Below the pieces are notes generated by a model. It was not told where the DNA came from. It saw only the letters and a list, made by a program, of their open reading frames with translations, and searched no databases. Below, in pieces: positions 1-9,956 of a stretch of DNA of 64,000 bases (the stretch's first letter is position 1; each line of letters begins with the position of its first letter). The translations under genes were made by a program, and so were the position numbers. The stretch is taken from positions 13,927-77,926 of the forward strand of contig JAZLDA010000086.1 in assembly GCA_045614505.1 (NCBI GenBank), given 5' to 3'. The DNA comes from Acutalibacteraceae bacterium (lineage in GTDB: Bacteria; Bacillota; Clostridia; Oscillospirales; Acutalibacteraceae).

Positions 1-674
1 AAATCGTGAATAACATAAGCGTTATCCCAGAAAATACGGAAATCCTTTGCCGCAGGCTTCATAGTTGCAAGGCGACGGACAACCTGGTCGCTATAGGTAA
101 TTCCCTCAGGATTTGAATATTTAGGAACACACCACATACCCTTAACGGCAGGGTCTTTAATAAGCTCCTCTATTTTATCCATATCAGGTCCGTCTTCAAT
201 GTTCTGCACAGGAATCATTTTGATTCCAAAATGCTCTGTAATGGCAAAATGACGGTCATAGCCGGGCACGGGACAAATAAACTTAATCTCTCCCTGCTTC
301 ATCCAAGGCTCTCCGCCCAATCCATGGGTCATAGCCTGAGCTACAATATCATACATGAGATTAAGAGAAGAATTTCCACCCACAATAATCTGAGAGGGAG
401 AAAGCTGGAGAATCTCTCCAAAAAGCTCCTTAAGCTCACTTATTCCGTCAAGACCGCCGTAATTGCGGCAATCTACACCGTCCTTATTTTTAAATCCTAA
501 ATCATTACCAACCAAATCAAACATACGCTTGCTTAAATCTATTTGGTCAATTCCGGGTTTTCCTCTGGACATATCAAGGTGAAGTCCCAGTGTGGTGAGA
601 TATGAATATTCCTTTTTTACTTTACTGAATTCTGCCGCTAATTCTTCACGCGACAAACTAAGATAACTGCTCAT
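1..674 (-). CDS. PLP-dependent aminotransferase (class I/II fold), N-terminal ~224 aa; C-terminus lies beyond the window edge
   Basis: Absent from the ORF track because it runs off the edge. Reverse translation from ATG (rc of 672-674) reads MSSYLSLSREELAAEFSKVKKEYSYLTTLGLHLDMSRGKPGIDQIDLSKRMFDLVGNDLGFKNKDGVDCRNYGGLDGISELKELFGEIL... I translated down to ~300 with no stop; I read the frame as open to position 1 without re-verifying codon by codon. GGAGGAAAG lies upstream. Confidence 0.7.
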   Translation of the reverse strand, partial: MSSYLSLSREELAAEFSKVKKEYSYLTTLGLHLDMSRGKPGIDQIDLSKRMFDLVGNDLGFKNKDGVDCRNYGGLDGISELKELFGEILQLSPSQIIVGGNSSLNLMYDIVAQAMTHGLGGEPWMKQGEIKFICPVPGYDRHFAITEHFGIKMIPVQNIEDGPDMDKIEELIKDPAVKGMWCVPKYSNPEGITYSDQVVRRLATMKPAAKDFRIFWDNAYVIHD

Positions 675-749
675 AGAAAATACTTTCCTCCATTCTATAT
701 CCATAAAATTATACTACATATAAATCACTTTTTCAAGTAAAAAGTGTAA

Positions 750-787
750 TAAAAAATAAGCCTTCCCAACGGAAGCTGGGAAGGCTG
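750..787 (-). terminator. Rho-independent terminator of the LtaS-like gene
   Basis: Stem AGCCTTCCCA/TGGGAAGGCT (759-768/777-786), followed on the minus strand by a U-run (A-run 751-757 on plus). Confidence 0.7.
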
Positions 788-792
788 TTATT

Positions 793-2775
793 CTAACCGA
801 ATATATGTCTATAGTAATCTACATCAGGCGCTACAGTGCTGTAATTTATCTTATTGCGCACTATCTTCTTCATATTATCCACATATCCTTCAGGCACACT
901 CACAGTGGCATTGACCGGAACAAATTTACCGTTGGAAGCATAATAGGTACCAAGGTCTGTTTTCCAATCGTAGTTTGTGTTATATACAAGAGGTGTTGCA
1001 TCGGAAAAAACATCTCTGCCCGGCATAAGTCTTGAATCAAACTCTGTGCCAAAAAGATTAGAAAGAGTGGGAAGTATGTCAAGACTGAATGTGGGGGTAT
1101 CCACAACTATGGGTGCCATCTTTTCAAGGCATCCGCTCCAAATTATAAGACGGTTATGGTCTCTCTGGAAATAATCCTTAACATTATATCCGTAAAGCTC
1201 GGAAAGATATGGCATATTACCAAGCGTTCCCGCCTCATCAAGTCCGTATGGGAAATGGTCGGTGGAGATAACAATTACGGTATCGTCTGCAATTCCCTTG
1301 GCTTCAAGCTCACCCACCATATAGGTAAGGGCATTTTCTAGCTCGAGATTTGCGGCAAGATAGCCTTTTACCGTGTTGGAGTAAGGCAAATCCTTCACCA
1401 TATCCCAGTTCTTATTGGTCATAGAATTGCCGCTTCTGCTGTATCCGCTGTGACCGCTTACCGACATATAATAAACATTAAAGGGTTGTTTTCCTATATA
1501 TTCGGGCAGTGTTCCCTGGAACATTTCAAGGTCACTTTGCGGCCAGGCGTTTTTAACATAGGCTTCCATACCGTTACCCTGTCCCATAAAGCCGTCGGAA
1601 TAGCCGAGATTTACGTGGGTCTTGTTACGGTCATAGTAGGTATAGGAGTTGTTATGGAAAGCCTTTCCGTAATAGCCTAAACGGTTAAGCTGATTGCCCA
1701 TAGTATAGTAATTGAGGTTATCAGCAGTGTTCTTAAAGGAACGGCCGCCTGCCATGGGTAACATACCGAATATATTCTGATATTCGCCGCCTGTAGTACC
1801 TGCACTTGACGGCTGATAGTAATCGGTAAACTGAATTCCCTTATTGGCAAGCCTATAAAGGGTAGGTGTAAGGGTGGGATCAATTACCTCAGCGGTAAAT
1901 GCCTCTGCCGAAATCATAATAAGATTTTTACCCTTAAAAAGTCCTGTGTACTCATTTTTCTTAGAGGGAGTCAGCGTGCTTACATAAGCGTTAAGTCCTT
2001 TAATCTTAGAAGAAGCTCCCTGATCCAAAGCCTCAAAATCAAGGTCAAGCTTGTTATAGCCGTAATCAATGGGGGTATCATCAGGCTCATCACCGGAATC
2101 ATCGGGAGTATCAGTTGCTTCAAAGGAGCTTTCTCTGCCTAAAATCATATATTTGACATCAAGTCGCATTCCTGTAACAAGACCGAATTCACCTACAGCC
2201 GACTGGAAGTTATACTGGGTCTTGTAAATAGGGCCGTAAATACTGCTTGCAGCTATAATCAGAGCCGCCAGAACATAAGTAAGAACCGAAAGAGCGCCAG
2301 AAACAATTCGCACCGAAGCATTTGACCTATAGGCAGGAACAAACTTCTGACCGAAAATAAGATATAAAGCAATTGGAACGAAAAACAGAAGAATAACCGG
2401 TATACTGCCAAGAATAAGCTGGAATATTTCGGTAGTATATGTAGTTGCGGCATCCCCCGCTGCGCCGGTAACGGTATTTATATCATAGAACACCTTGAAG
2501 AATTTATAAACCAGAAATTCAACAATATAAGGAATTGCAGTGACACCTATCAGAGACGCGGCAATGATTCTGTTGGTCTTGCGGTTTCTGGAAATAGAGG
2601 ATAAAAGATATCCTATTCCGCCATAAGCAATACTGAACAGAAGCATATAAATAATACTAACCTTAAAAACGCCGCCTACTGTTGCAATTCGAAACAGCAA
2701 CTCGTAATAAATCATTATTACGGGAAAAAGCAACATAAAATAAAGGTGACCGAATTTTTTGACTTTTTTACCCAT
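793..2775 (-). CDS. LTA synthase / sulfatase-family membrane protein (phosphoglycerol-transferase-like)
   Basis: 660 aa. Five N-terminal TM helices, an acidic linker (TDTPDDSGDEPDDTP), then a sulfatase-type domain with NLIMISAEAF, SSAGTTGGEYQ (nucleophile Thr region) and VIVISTDHFPYGL motifs. Confidence 0.75.
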   Translation of the reverse strand: MGKKVKKFGHLYFMLLFPVIMIYYELLFRIATVGGVFKVSIIYMLLFSIAYGGIGYLLSSISRNRKTNRIIAASLIGVTAIPYIVEFLVYKFFKVFYDINTVTGAAGDAATTYTTEIFQLILGSIPVILLFFVPIALYLIFGQKFVPAYRSNASVRIVSGALSVLTYVLAALIIAASSIYGPIYKTQYNFQSAVGEFGLVTGMRLDVKYMILGRESSFEATDTPDDSGDEPDDTPIDYGYNKLDLDFEALDQGASSKIKGLNAYVSTLTPSKKNEYTGLFKGKNLIMISAEAFTAEVIDPTLTPTLYRLANKGIQFTDYYQPSSAGTTGGEYQNIFGMLPMAGGRSFKNTADNLNYYTMGNQLNRLGYYGKAFHNNSYTYYDRNKTHVNLGYSDGFMGQGNGMEAYVKNAWPQSDLEMFQGTLPEYIGKQPFNVYYMSVSGHSGYSRSGNSMTNKNWDMVKDLPYSNTVKGYLAANLELENALTYMVGELEAKGIADDTVIVISTDHFPYGLDEAGTLGNMPYLSELYGYNVKDYFQRDHNRLIIWSGCLEKMAPIVVDTPTFSLDILPTLSNLFGTEFDSRLMPGRDVFSDATPLVYNTNYDWKTDLGTYYASNGKFVPVNATVSVPEGYVDNMKKIVRNKINYSTVAPDVDYYRHIFG

Positions 2776-2876
2776 TAATTACATCCCTAACATTTAATAA
2801 TTTAAAGCCAACTTAAAGTATAAAATATCTCTGCCCAAAAATCAAGAGGCAGGCATAATAAAATCACTTTATAAAA

Positions 2877-4022
2877 TCACTTTATTTTCACCGCTATCGC
2901 GGCAAGCCTCTTTGCCGACAAGCCGAGAGAAGTTATTTCTGCTCTTTCATTCAAAGAATGAATATCAGACCCATAGACCCCAAGGGAGTCCACACTTGGT
3001 ATGCCATAGCTTGTCATATCAGCGGCATCACTTCCCCCTGCAGCAAGGGTCTTTCCCATTCTTCCCAATCCACTACTTTGGAGAATATCCTCAATTTTTT
3101 CATAAAGAGCAAGATTTCTTTCATTTTCATCCATTGCAACACGCTCACTGGAAATAACAACTTTACAAGATGTTCCTTCAATATAGGATTTTTCTGCAAC
3201 TTCTTTAACTTTATTCTTTATAGTATTATATTGCTGTTCATTCTGGAAACGAAAATCAAAAACAAAGAAGCAATTCTCTGCTACAGTATTTGCCTTTGTT
3301 CCGCCCTTTATAACACCGCAGTTAGAGGTAATACCCTCTGCGTCCTTGAATTTCTCAAGCTCGGCAATTTTATAAGCCGCTTCGGCTATAGCATTGACTC
3401 CTTTATGAGCAGCAGAAGAATGACAAGCTTTTCCCGTTACGGTAAATTCATAACGAATAATTCCTTTTCTTTTAACAACTATTCCGCCGTCCCTTTCGCC
3501 CTCGCAGTTAAGGAAAGCAACGCAGTCCTTTGCCTTTTCTGCCATAAATTTAACGGTTTCTTTATTACTGCCCTTACTGCTGGTTTCCTCATCACTTTGA
3601 AGAATCAGTTTTATCGGTCTGCCTTTAAAGCCGTTTAAAGAAATGGCGTGCATTGCAAGGAGAGAAGAAACTATCCCGCCCTTACAGTCGGTAACTCCGG
3701 GTCCATAAATATATTTTTCATCCTTTTTAACAGCAGGTGTTCCAAAGGAGCCTACAGGATGAACTGTATCAAGATGACCTGAAAGACAAACGGGTTTAGC
3801 GTTTATATCCTTATTCATAGTAATACAAACAGCATTACCCGAAACTTTCTGCTCTGAAATTTCTATATCAAAGCCCAGTTCCTTTGCCCTGTCTATTACA
3901 TACTGTCCTGCCCTGTCAACACCCTCTTTATAATCTGTAGGGCTTTCAATATTACAGAATTCCTCCCAAAAGGAAACATACTCTTCCTTTAGCGAGTCAA
4001 TTGTTTCGAAAATTTTATCCAT
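2877..4022 (-). CDS. M20-family metallopeptidase (carboxypeptidase G2-like)
   Basis: 381 aa. GHLDTVHP, GPGVTDCKGG and LQSDEETSS metal-site motifs; GAGG SD upstream. Confidence 0.8.
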   Translation of the reverse strand: MDKIFETIDSLKEEYVSFWEEFCNIESPTDYKEGVDRAGQYVIDRAKELGFDIEISEQKVSGNAVCITMNKDINAKPVCLSGHLDTVHPVGSFGTPAVKKDEKYIYGPGVTDCKGGIVSSLLAMHAISLNGFKGRPIKLILQSDEETSSKGSNKETVKFMAEKAKDCVAFLNCEGERDGGIVVKRKGIIRYEFTVTGKACHSSAAHKGVNAIAEAAYKIAELEKFKDAEGITSNCGVIKGGTKANTVAENCFFVFDFRFQNEQQYNTIKNKVKEVAEKSYIEGTSCKVVISSERVAMDENERNLALYEKIEDILQSSGLGRMGKTLAAGGSDAADMTSYGIPSVDSLGVYGSDIHSLNERAEITSLGLSAKRLAAIAVKIK

Positions 4023-4096
4023 AGATACCCCTACACCTCATTATCAGTATTTATTTCAGTTTACTACAAATCAATGAGAAAGTACAGACTTTTCAG

Positions 4097-4134
4097 AAAA
4101 AAATAATGTGGTCGAATGACCACATTATTTTTTT
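4097..4134. terminator. Bidirectional hairpin terminator
   Basis: AAAAAAATAATGTGGTC-GAA-TGACCACATTATTTTTTT, flanked by an A-run and a T-run; sits directly after the stop of the dockerin gene. Confidence 0.75.
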
Positions 4135-4139
4135 ACATT

Positions 4140-7100
4140 TTACTGGGGGCCTAATTTGTCACTTGCGCCTGCAAGGAAAAGTTTCAGTGCGGCAAGGTCG
4201 CCTGTGTCAACTTTACCGTTTCCGTCGGCATCGGCGTTTGCAATATTTACCTCATCTTCGGAACTTGCGCCTGCAAGGAAAAGTTTCAGTGCGGCAAGGT
4301 CACCTGTGTCAACTTTACCGTTTTCATCAAGGTCACCGTAAACAACCTCCGGCTCTTGTTTTTCAACAACAAAATCTACAGCATCAGAGGTAACGATAGT
4401 TCCGTCTACATAGGTAACAACTGCATAAGCAGTGTATTCACCTTCATCAAGAGTCTTAACGGTGGTTTTTGTAACCTCACCGTTGATTATTTCTCCGCCG
4501 ACCGCCTGTGAATCAACATAAAACTCAACCTTTTCAATTGCGTGGTCAACACGGTATTTACTATCTACAGCCAGAATAACACCATTTTCGTTAACAATGG
4601 GAGAAAGCATTTCAGGATTTTCCACACTGTTGTCATACATATTGAATAAAAGGTCTAATTCAATATTTGAAAGCTGGATTTTTTCTTGATTATCAGCAGA
4701 AGTAAAAACGGCGGTTAATGTCTTGCTGCCTTCAAAATCCGATATATACTTGCTGATATCTACTGTATACTCAGTTTCTTCGGTAAGCTCTACGGTAGCA
4801 ACTGCACCGCCGCCTATAGCCAAGTTGTTAAGCATTCCGTTGGACATAGTATCGTTAGCGTAAGCGCCGTTCCATGTAAGCTCGCCTATGGTAATATCAT
4901 TATTAAGAAGGTAGAGATTTACCTTTTTGCCCGCTATCGGCTCTGCTACATTAAAGCTGAGTTCAGCACTGTTTATATGCAAATGTTCGGATTTATCAAA
5001 CTGTGCATAGGTTTTTCTCAGAGCATTACCGCCCTTATCGGCAGTCTTGACAATATTGATATTTCCGCTAAGCGCACCCATCGCCTTATCCTTTTGCTCA
5101 GCTGAAACAGCTGTAATCAAGGCAGGAGAAACAGTCTTTGTTCCGTTGCCAAGTTTCAAGGTAGTGCTGTCAACGGTCATATTACCGGCAACCTCTTTAA
5201 CTACTATATTATCAATATAGATTCCGGTTGCACCCGCACCGCTTCCGATACCTATGGCGGTTACTGTATTTCCGAGACGCTTCTCAGTTATTTCGAAACT
5301 GAAAGTAAGTGTATACCACTCATTTACCAAATTAGGTCTTGGATAAACAGTAACAGCGCTGGCGGCACCATTAATTGTATTATCTCCGGGGTGAGATATT
5401 CTACAGTAGTTTCCAACGCTTGCAGTGCCCTCAGGTGCCACTGCATAGAAATCAAAGGATACGGTATATGTCTTTCCTAAATCTGCCTCTGTGAAGTTAT
5501 TATCACTTTTAATAACTCCTTCAATAGATATTCTCTGGTTGTAACGGTTACTATCAGAACCGCTTTTCTCAATATAGAGAACTGAGTTGTTGGGATTTAC
5601 AGGGTCTGCCGCAATTCCGACAAAATTACCTGCCATTTGGCTGGATGCGGAATAGGAATCAAAGCTGTCCATTTTCTCAAATGTAACAATTTTTTCCGTA
5701 CCGCCGTTATTTTTCACAATAATGAATGTAACGGCTCCATATCCCTTATCCGCCATAGTTTTAACATAATCGGTTACATTAAGACTTATACTTTGTGTTC
5801 CTGTAACAGACTTAGTGCCTATGAGAACGGTTTTGCTCTCATCAACAGAGTTCCCGTCAATTTCATTTGCATAAGCATTGTTCCAGGTTATGCCCGAAGT
5901 AAAGTTTTCTGCAAAGCGGCTGTCGTCATCAAGCACGCCGTAAACAGAAAAGTCTGCTGTTTTGTCAGATTTAACGCTTAAATCAAGACTCAATGTATCC
6001 GAAGATAAATCAAATTCAGTTATGGGGAATTTAATGTAACCCTTTACTGTGTTATCAATGTTTTCCTTAGAAATACCTGCAATATTTGCATCCTCATCTA
6101 AAACACTGTCTGCATCAGTACCGTTTCCTATAACTGCTGTGTCGGCATTTAAGGTATCAACCTTGTCAACATTGAGAATGAGTGTTGCAGAGAACTTGGG
6201 TTCATCTCCGCTATATTCCTTTGAAACAAACTCTAAATCACCTGCTAAAAGCTCACTACTGAAATCATCAAGATAGAAATCATTTCTTGTATCGGTACGA
6301 ATGGTAACAGCGCAATAGTTATTGTCAATCATATTCTGGTCAACAGTAACAAAATACTCAAGATAATTCCATTCTCCCGGCACTACCTCGAAGTTTTCCT
6401 GTTTAACACCGCTTACAAGAGATTTTGCATACATGCCGACAACAGCCAGAGAGGCGTCTCCTGTAGGTTTAATCCAGAAACTGGCTTTAAGAGTCTTTCC
6501 TAAATGCTCCTGTGTAAGGGTAGTTGTGCCAAAGGATTTAAGCATTTTTATACGAACATCAGGTTCAGCACGGTTTGTAATTAAAAGACTTCCGTTATCG
6601 TTCATTCCTTCGGTAGAGTATACCAGTTTACCTCCGGGACCTCCGAAACGGTAATCTGTGTCATAAGCAAAATTGTTTGAATTACTGCCTTTGAAATCAT
6701 AATAAGAATAAACTTCTTCTTTTTCGGTTTCAAAAGCAAGGTTTACTGTATCGCCCTGAACGTTCTTTATGTAATCGGTAACATCAACATAAGTCAGCTG
6801 AGATAAAACATCTGCTTCAGTTATCAGCTGGCCGTTTTCGGGTGCAGTATTGTATGTAACAGTATTTTCGTCAAAGTTATCAGTGCCGTAAATTTGCACC
6901 CTGCTTGCCTTATATCCGTTGCGGTCTAAGAGAAGAAGCGCTTTGGTAACATTACTAAATCCGTTCTCATTTTTAAATGAAACCAGTGCATTTGCTTTTT
7001 CGGTATCATTGTTTTTAACCTTAACTAACTCCTCTGCACCGAAGTTTTTATCCGGATTAGCAGAAGAAACATAGGTATCTTTAGAAGCTGCGAGAAGACT

Positions 7101-8918
7101 GTCACCGCTTATTGTAAAGGTCTTTTGGTAAGGCACTCCGAAAGCCACGCCGTCCTTTGCCTTGGTTTCGGCAGATACATCTATACGGTAAGAAGCGCCA
7201 TTGATTATCATGGAAGAGTTAAATTTAAAGGTTGTTCCTCCGTGAAGAACCTCCCACTCACCGCTCATAACCTTGCCGTCGGTAACGCGTATAACCTTAA
7301 CATTTTCTTTTACGCTATCTACATCCATTGCGCGTGAGAATTTAATGGTAACGGGACCATTAAATGAATCGTGAACGATATTGCTTTGAGGTGTTGCCCA
7401 GAGAACTTCGGGAGCAACTTCACTATACGCGGCTTTAGTGTGATTATCTATGTATGTCCATATTTCATTGAACATTTCAATTTGTTTCTCACTGTCATAT
7501 CCAAATGCAGGATTGTGACCGAGTCCTTGGGCTACAAGGAAATCCGACTCAATCTCAGGGTGAGATTCAAAGAACTTTATAACTTTGGGAATATTTGCTT
7601 TAACACTTCCCATAGTATCTTCAGTACCTGCAGAGCCGATTATTGGAACGCTGTTCTCGTTAATAAGTTTTTCGTGATAATCGCCTATTCCCGCACCGGC
7701 GCCCGAATAAGCAACGGTTATATTGCTGGAAATAGGTTCATTTGTGCCTTCATAGGTTAGCCAAGGCTGTTCTCCCTGATAGCCATCGGGGTCTTTGCCT
7801 TCGGTAAATTGTTCCGCAAAGTCGCCAACTTCTCCCATTTGTTCGTGATTTTTATTTGCAAGAGTGACAACACCCTCATTACTCTTGGAAAATCCAAAAG
7901 CGCAAATATAATCAGCATCATATCCGAACTGCTCGCTTAAATATCTTACTCTTCTTATTGCTGCAGAATGCACTGCATTAGCACTTGTATAGGATAAATT
8001 AAAAGAAGAGGGTTTAATGGTGTAGTTTCCATAATATCCATAGTGGTCATCTCTTGACATAGGAATATACTCGTGGTCATAAATTACAGCAGCATAACCC
8101 TGCAAAAGCGCAATGGAAAAATAAGGTCTGTTTGCATTAGCAAAAGAACTGTTTCTTGTTTCAGATGAAGAAGCAAGGGTAAATACGGGAACTGTGTCTT
8201 TGGGGTTCGCAGGATATACAATATCCATACGCAAATCAAAGTCCATTTTACTGCCGTCGGGCTTTATCAAGTCATCAATCGTTTCTGCATAGGGAAGGTC
8301 TTCACCGTTACTCTTCTTCTTCATACCATCGGGACCTGCGTAATATTCATTCCACATCCAGAGTATAAACTCATTTGTACCGTTACGAGCCATTGTATCA
8401 AGAGAATAATAATAAATTTCTCTTGCCACACGGCAACCTGCAGGAACAAAATAAATATTATTGTATTTCTTTCTCTCGTACCCTTTTGTATAAGAGCCTG
8501 CTTTGAAATCACCGCAGAATATCTTATGGGCGCTCCAGGCAAACTCGTTACCCACAGCTTTGGGATTATCAAGGTAATCAAGTACGGTAACAGAATAGCC
8601 TTCAGCCAGCATATCCTCAATAATCTCTTCATCGGTATCGGTACCCATTCTTTCTTCTTTATGTCCTACAACATAAAGAATTGATGCGCCATTTGCGGTA
8701 ACCGAATTTCTTACAAAGGTTGTAAGTACCACAGGGATACCGAGATGCCCATCGTTTTCCATTTCGAAGGTATCCACAAGGTCATTCTTGAAGGTTTCAC
8801 GAAGCTTCAAGGTAGCCTGTCCGGGATTAACTTCAGCGCTTACGCCAATTGTGCCGAGTACGGCAAAAGCTGTTATAAGCAAAGCAAAAGTAAGAATAAA
8901 AGCTAACATTTTTTTCAT
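4140..8918 (-). CDS. Secreted multi-module dockerin-containing protein: alpha/beta-hydrolase-like N-domain, Ig-like domains, three xxTWNxAxAN beta-sandwich (DNRLRE-like) modules alternating with two CBM4/9/22-like modules, and a C-terminal type-I dockerin
   Basis: The track ORF is 1600 aa. I trimmed the start to MKKMLAF (ATG at 8918), which has an AAAGGGAGAAG SD and a signal peptide ending VSA/EV. Motifs: AFGFSKSNEG and LGHNP in the N-domain; SbsA-Ig-like ATPQS..VTIKFSRAMDVDSV; C-terminal DLDENGKVDTGDLAALKLFLAG and DADGNGKVDTGDLAALKLFLAG (duplicated Ca-binding dockerin segments). Confidence 0.85.
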   Translation of the reverse strand: MKKMLAFILTFALLITAFAVLGTIGVSAEVNPGQATLKLRETFKNDLVDTFEMENDGHLGIPVVLTTFVRNSVTANGASILYVVGHKEERMGTDTDEEIIEDMLAEGYSVTVLDYLDNPKAVGNEFAWSAHKIFCGDFKAGSYTKGYERKKYNNIYFVPAGCRVAREIYYYSLDTMARNGTNEFILWMWNEYYAGPDGMKKKSNGEDLPYAETIDDLIKPDGSKMDFDLRMDIVYPANPKDTVPVFTLASSSETRNSSFANANRPYFSIALLQGYAAVIYDHEYIPMSRDDHYGYYGNYTIKPSSFNLSYTSANAVHSAAIRRVRYLSEQFGYDADYICAFGFSKSNEGVVTLANKNHEQMGEVGDFAEQFTEGKDPDGYQGEQPWLTYEGTNEPISSNITVAYSGAGAGIGDYHEKLINENSVPIIGSAGTEDTMGSVKANIPKVIKFFESHPEIESDFLVAQGLGHNPAFGYDSEKQIEMFNEIWTYIDNHTKAAYSEVAPEVLWATPQSNIVHDSFNGPVTIKFSRAMDVDSVKENVKVIRVTDGKVMSGEWEVLHGGTTFKFNSSMIINGASYRIDVSAETKAKDGVAFGVPYQKTFTISGDSLLAASKDTYVSSANPDKNFGAEELVKVKNNDTEKANALVSFKNENGFSNVTKALLLLDRNGYKASRVQIYGTDNFDENTVTYNTAPENGQLITEADVLSQLTYVDVTDYIKNVQGDTVNLAFETEKEEVYSYYDFKGSNSNNFAYDTDYRFGGPGGKLVYSTEGMNDNGSLLITNRAEPDVRIKMLKSFGTTTLTQEHLGKTLKASFWIKPTGDASLAVVGMYAKSLVSGVKQENFEVVPGEWNYLEYFVTVDQNMIDNNYCAVTIRTDTRNDFYLDDFSSELLAGDLEFVSKEYSGDEPKFSATLILNVDKVDTLNADTAVIGNGTDADSVLDEDANIAGISKENIDNTVKGYIKFPITEFDLSSDTLSLDLSVKSDKTADFSVYGVLDDDSRFAENFTSGITWNNAYANEIDGNSVDESKTVLIGTKSVTGTQSISLNVTDYVKTMADKGYGAVTFIIVKNNGGTEKIVTFEKMDSFDSYSASSQMAGNFVGIAADPVNPNNSVLYIEKSGSDSNRYNQRISIEGVIKSDNNFTEADLGKTYTVSFDFYAVAPEGTASVGNYCRISHPGDNTINGAASAVTVYPRPNLVNEWYTLTFSFEITEKRLGNTVTAIGIGSGAGATGIYIDNIVVKEVAGNMTVDSTTLKLGNGTKTVSPALITAVSAEQKDKAMGALSGNINIVKTADKGGNALRKTYAQFDKSEHLHINSAELSFNVAEPIAGKKVNLYLLNNDITIGELTWNGAYANDTMSNGMLNNLAIGGGAVATVELTEETEYTVDISKYISDFEGSKTLTAVFTSADNQEKIQLSNIELDLLFNMYDNSVENPEMLSPIVNENGVILAVDSKYRVDHAIEKVEFYVDSQAVGGEIINGEVTKTTVKTLDEGEYTAYAVVTYVDGTIVTSDAVDFVVEKQEPEVVYGDLDENGKVDTGDLAALKLFLAGASSEDEVNIANADADGNGKVDTGDLAALKLFLAGASDKLGPQ
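4161..4323 (-). repeat. Near-identical 61-nt direct duplication (period 102 nt) encoding the two dockerin segments
   Basis: 4161-4221 and 4263-4323 (ACTTGCGCCTGCAAGGAAAAGTTTCAGTGCGGCAAGGTC[G/A]CCTGTGTCAACTTTACCGTTT) differ at a single base. Confidence 0.9.
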
Positions 8919-9066
8919 AATACTTCTCCCTTTTAGATTCATGTATTTATTTTAGCTTTTTTAACAGTATTATTCAATATAAAATATCTGCTAAAATATA
9001 ACAATTTTGCAATTTAACCTTGAAAATATTATCATTATATTGTATATTTAATCATAGGTGATATCT

Positions 9067-9864
9067 ATGCATTCATACAATATAATAGGAAAAGACCAAC
9101 GAATAAGAACTTATCTTCCTGTATTTATTCATTCATATTGTTCTAATTATAAGCAACCGCTGACTATATATAAAAACGGAATATTTGTCCATCATTTAAT
9201 ACTGGTATTAGATGGACAAGGTGTAGTAGAGGTTGGGGAAGACAGTAAAAAGCTTAACCGTGAAGATATTCTCTTTTACCGAGCTGATTTGCCGATAAAA
9301 TATTACGGAACGAACGAGGAGTTTTACACTTGTTTTTTAACCTTTAACGGTATTGCAAGCACTTCTTTATTAGATTTTTATAATTTCCCTGAATATTTTG
9401 TTTTCAGAGATGATGTCATTTCAGCCAATCTTACAAAAATTTGCCACGCCGCAGACAACGGCACAAGAGAGGAAATACTGTCAAGCCATCTTTATACTCT
9501 TATAAGTGATATCGGCATACTTATAAACTCCGATAAACTTCCTAAAAGCTTTGAAAAAGCCATATCATATATAAGAAGCAACTACTATAAGGATTTACCG
9601 ATAATGGAAATTGCAGAACATTCAGGTATTTCCGAATCACTTCTTTATAAGCAGTTCCAAAGCCTTGCAAACACCACTCCCGTTTCATTTATAAACACCG
9701 TAAGAATAGACTGGGCAAAGCACTTTTTAGAGACAAAGCCACACCTTTCGGTGGCGGAAATCGGAAAGAGTATAGGTTTTACTTCCACAAGCTATTTTAT
9801 TGAGTGCTTCAAAAGAGAAGAAGGCATTACACCTCTTAAGTTCCGCAAGGATATACAAAAATAA
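9067..9864 (+). CDS. AraC-family transcriptional regulator
   Basis: C-terminal double HTH (IAEHSGISESLLYKQFQ ... IGKSIGFTSTSYFIECFKREEGITPLKFR). AGGTGA SD 5 nt before ATG 9067 (the track starts at GTG 9058). Divergent from the dockerin gene. Confidence 0.85.
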   Translation: MHSYNIIGKDQRIRTYLPVFIHSYCSNYKQPLTIYKNGIFVHHLILVLDGQGVVEVGEDSKKLNREDILFYRADLPIKYYGTNEEFYTCFLTFNGIASTSLLDFYNFPEYFVFRDDVISANLTKICHAADNGTREEILSSHLYTLISDIGILINSDKLPKSFEKAISYIRSNYYKDLPIMEIAEHSGISESLLYKQFQSLANTTPVSFINTVRIDWAKHFLETKPHLSVAEIGKSIGFTSTSYFIECFKREEGITPLKFRKDIQK

Positions 9865-9888
9865 AACAGTCCTATAGGCTAAAACAAA

Positions 9889-9930
9889 ATGAGGATAGAC
9901 ACGATTTTTGGCGTCTATCCTCATTTATTT
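9889..9930. terminator. Bidirectional terminator between the AraC gene and the zinc-ribbon gene
   Basis: GAGGATAGAC/GTCTATCCTC 10-bp stem with T-rich flanks on both strands. Confidence 0.7.
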
Positions 9931-9956
9931 CATTTTAACTGTATTCTGCAATATAA

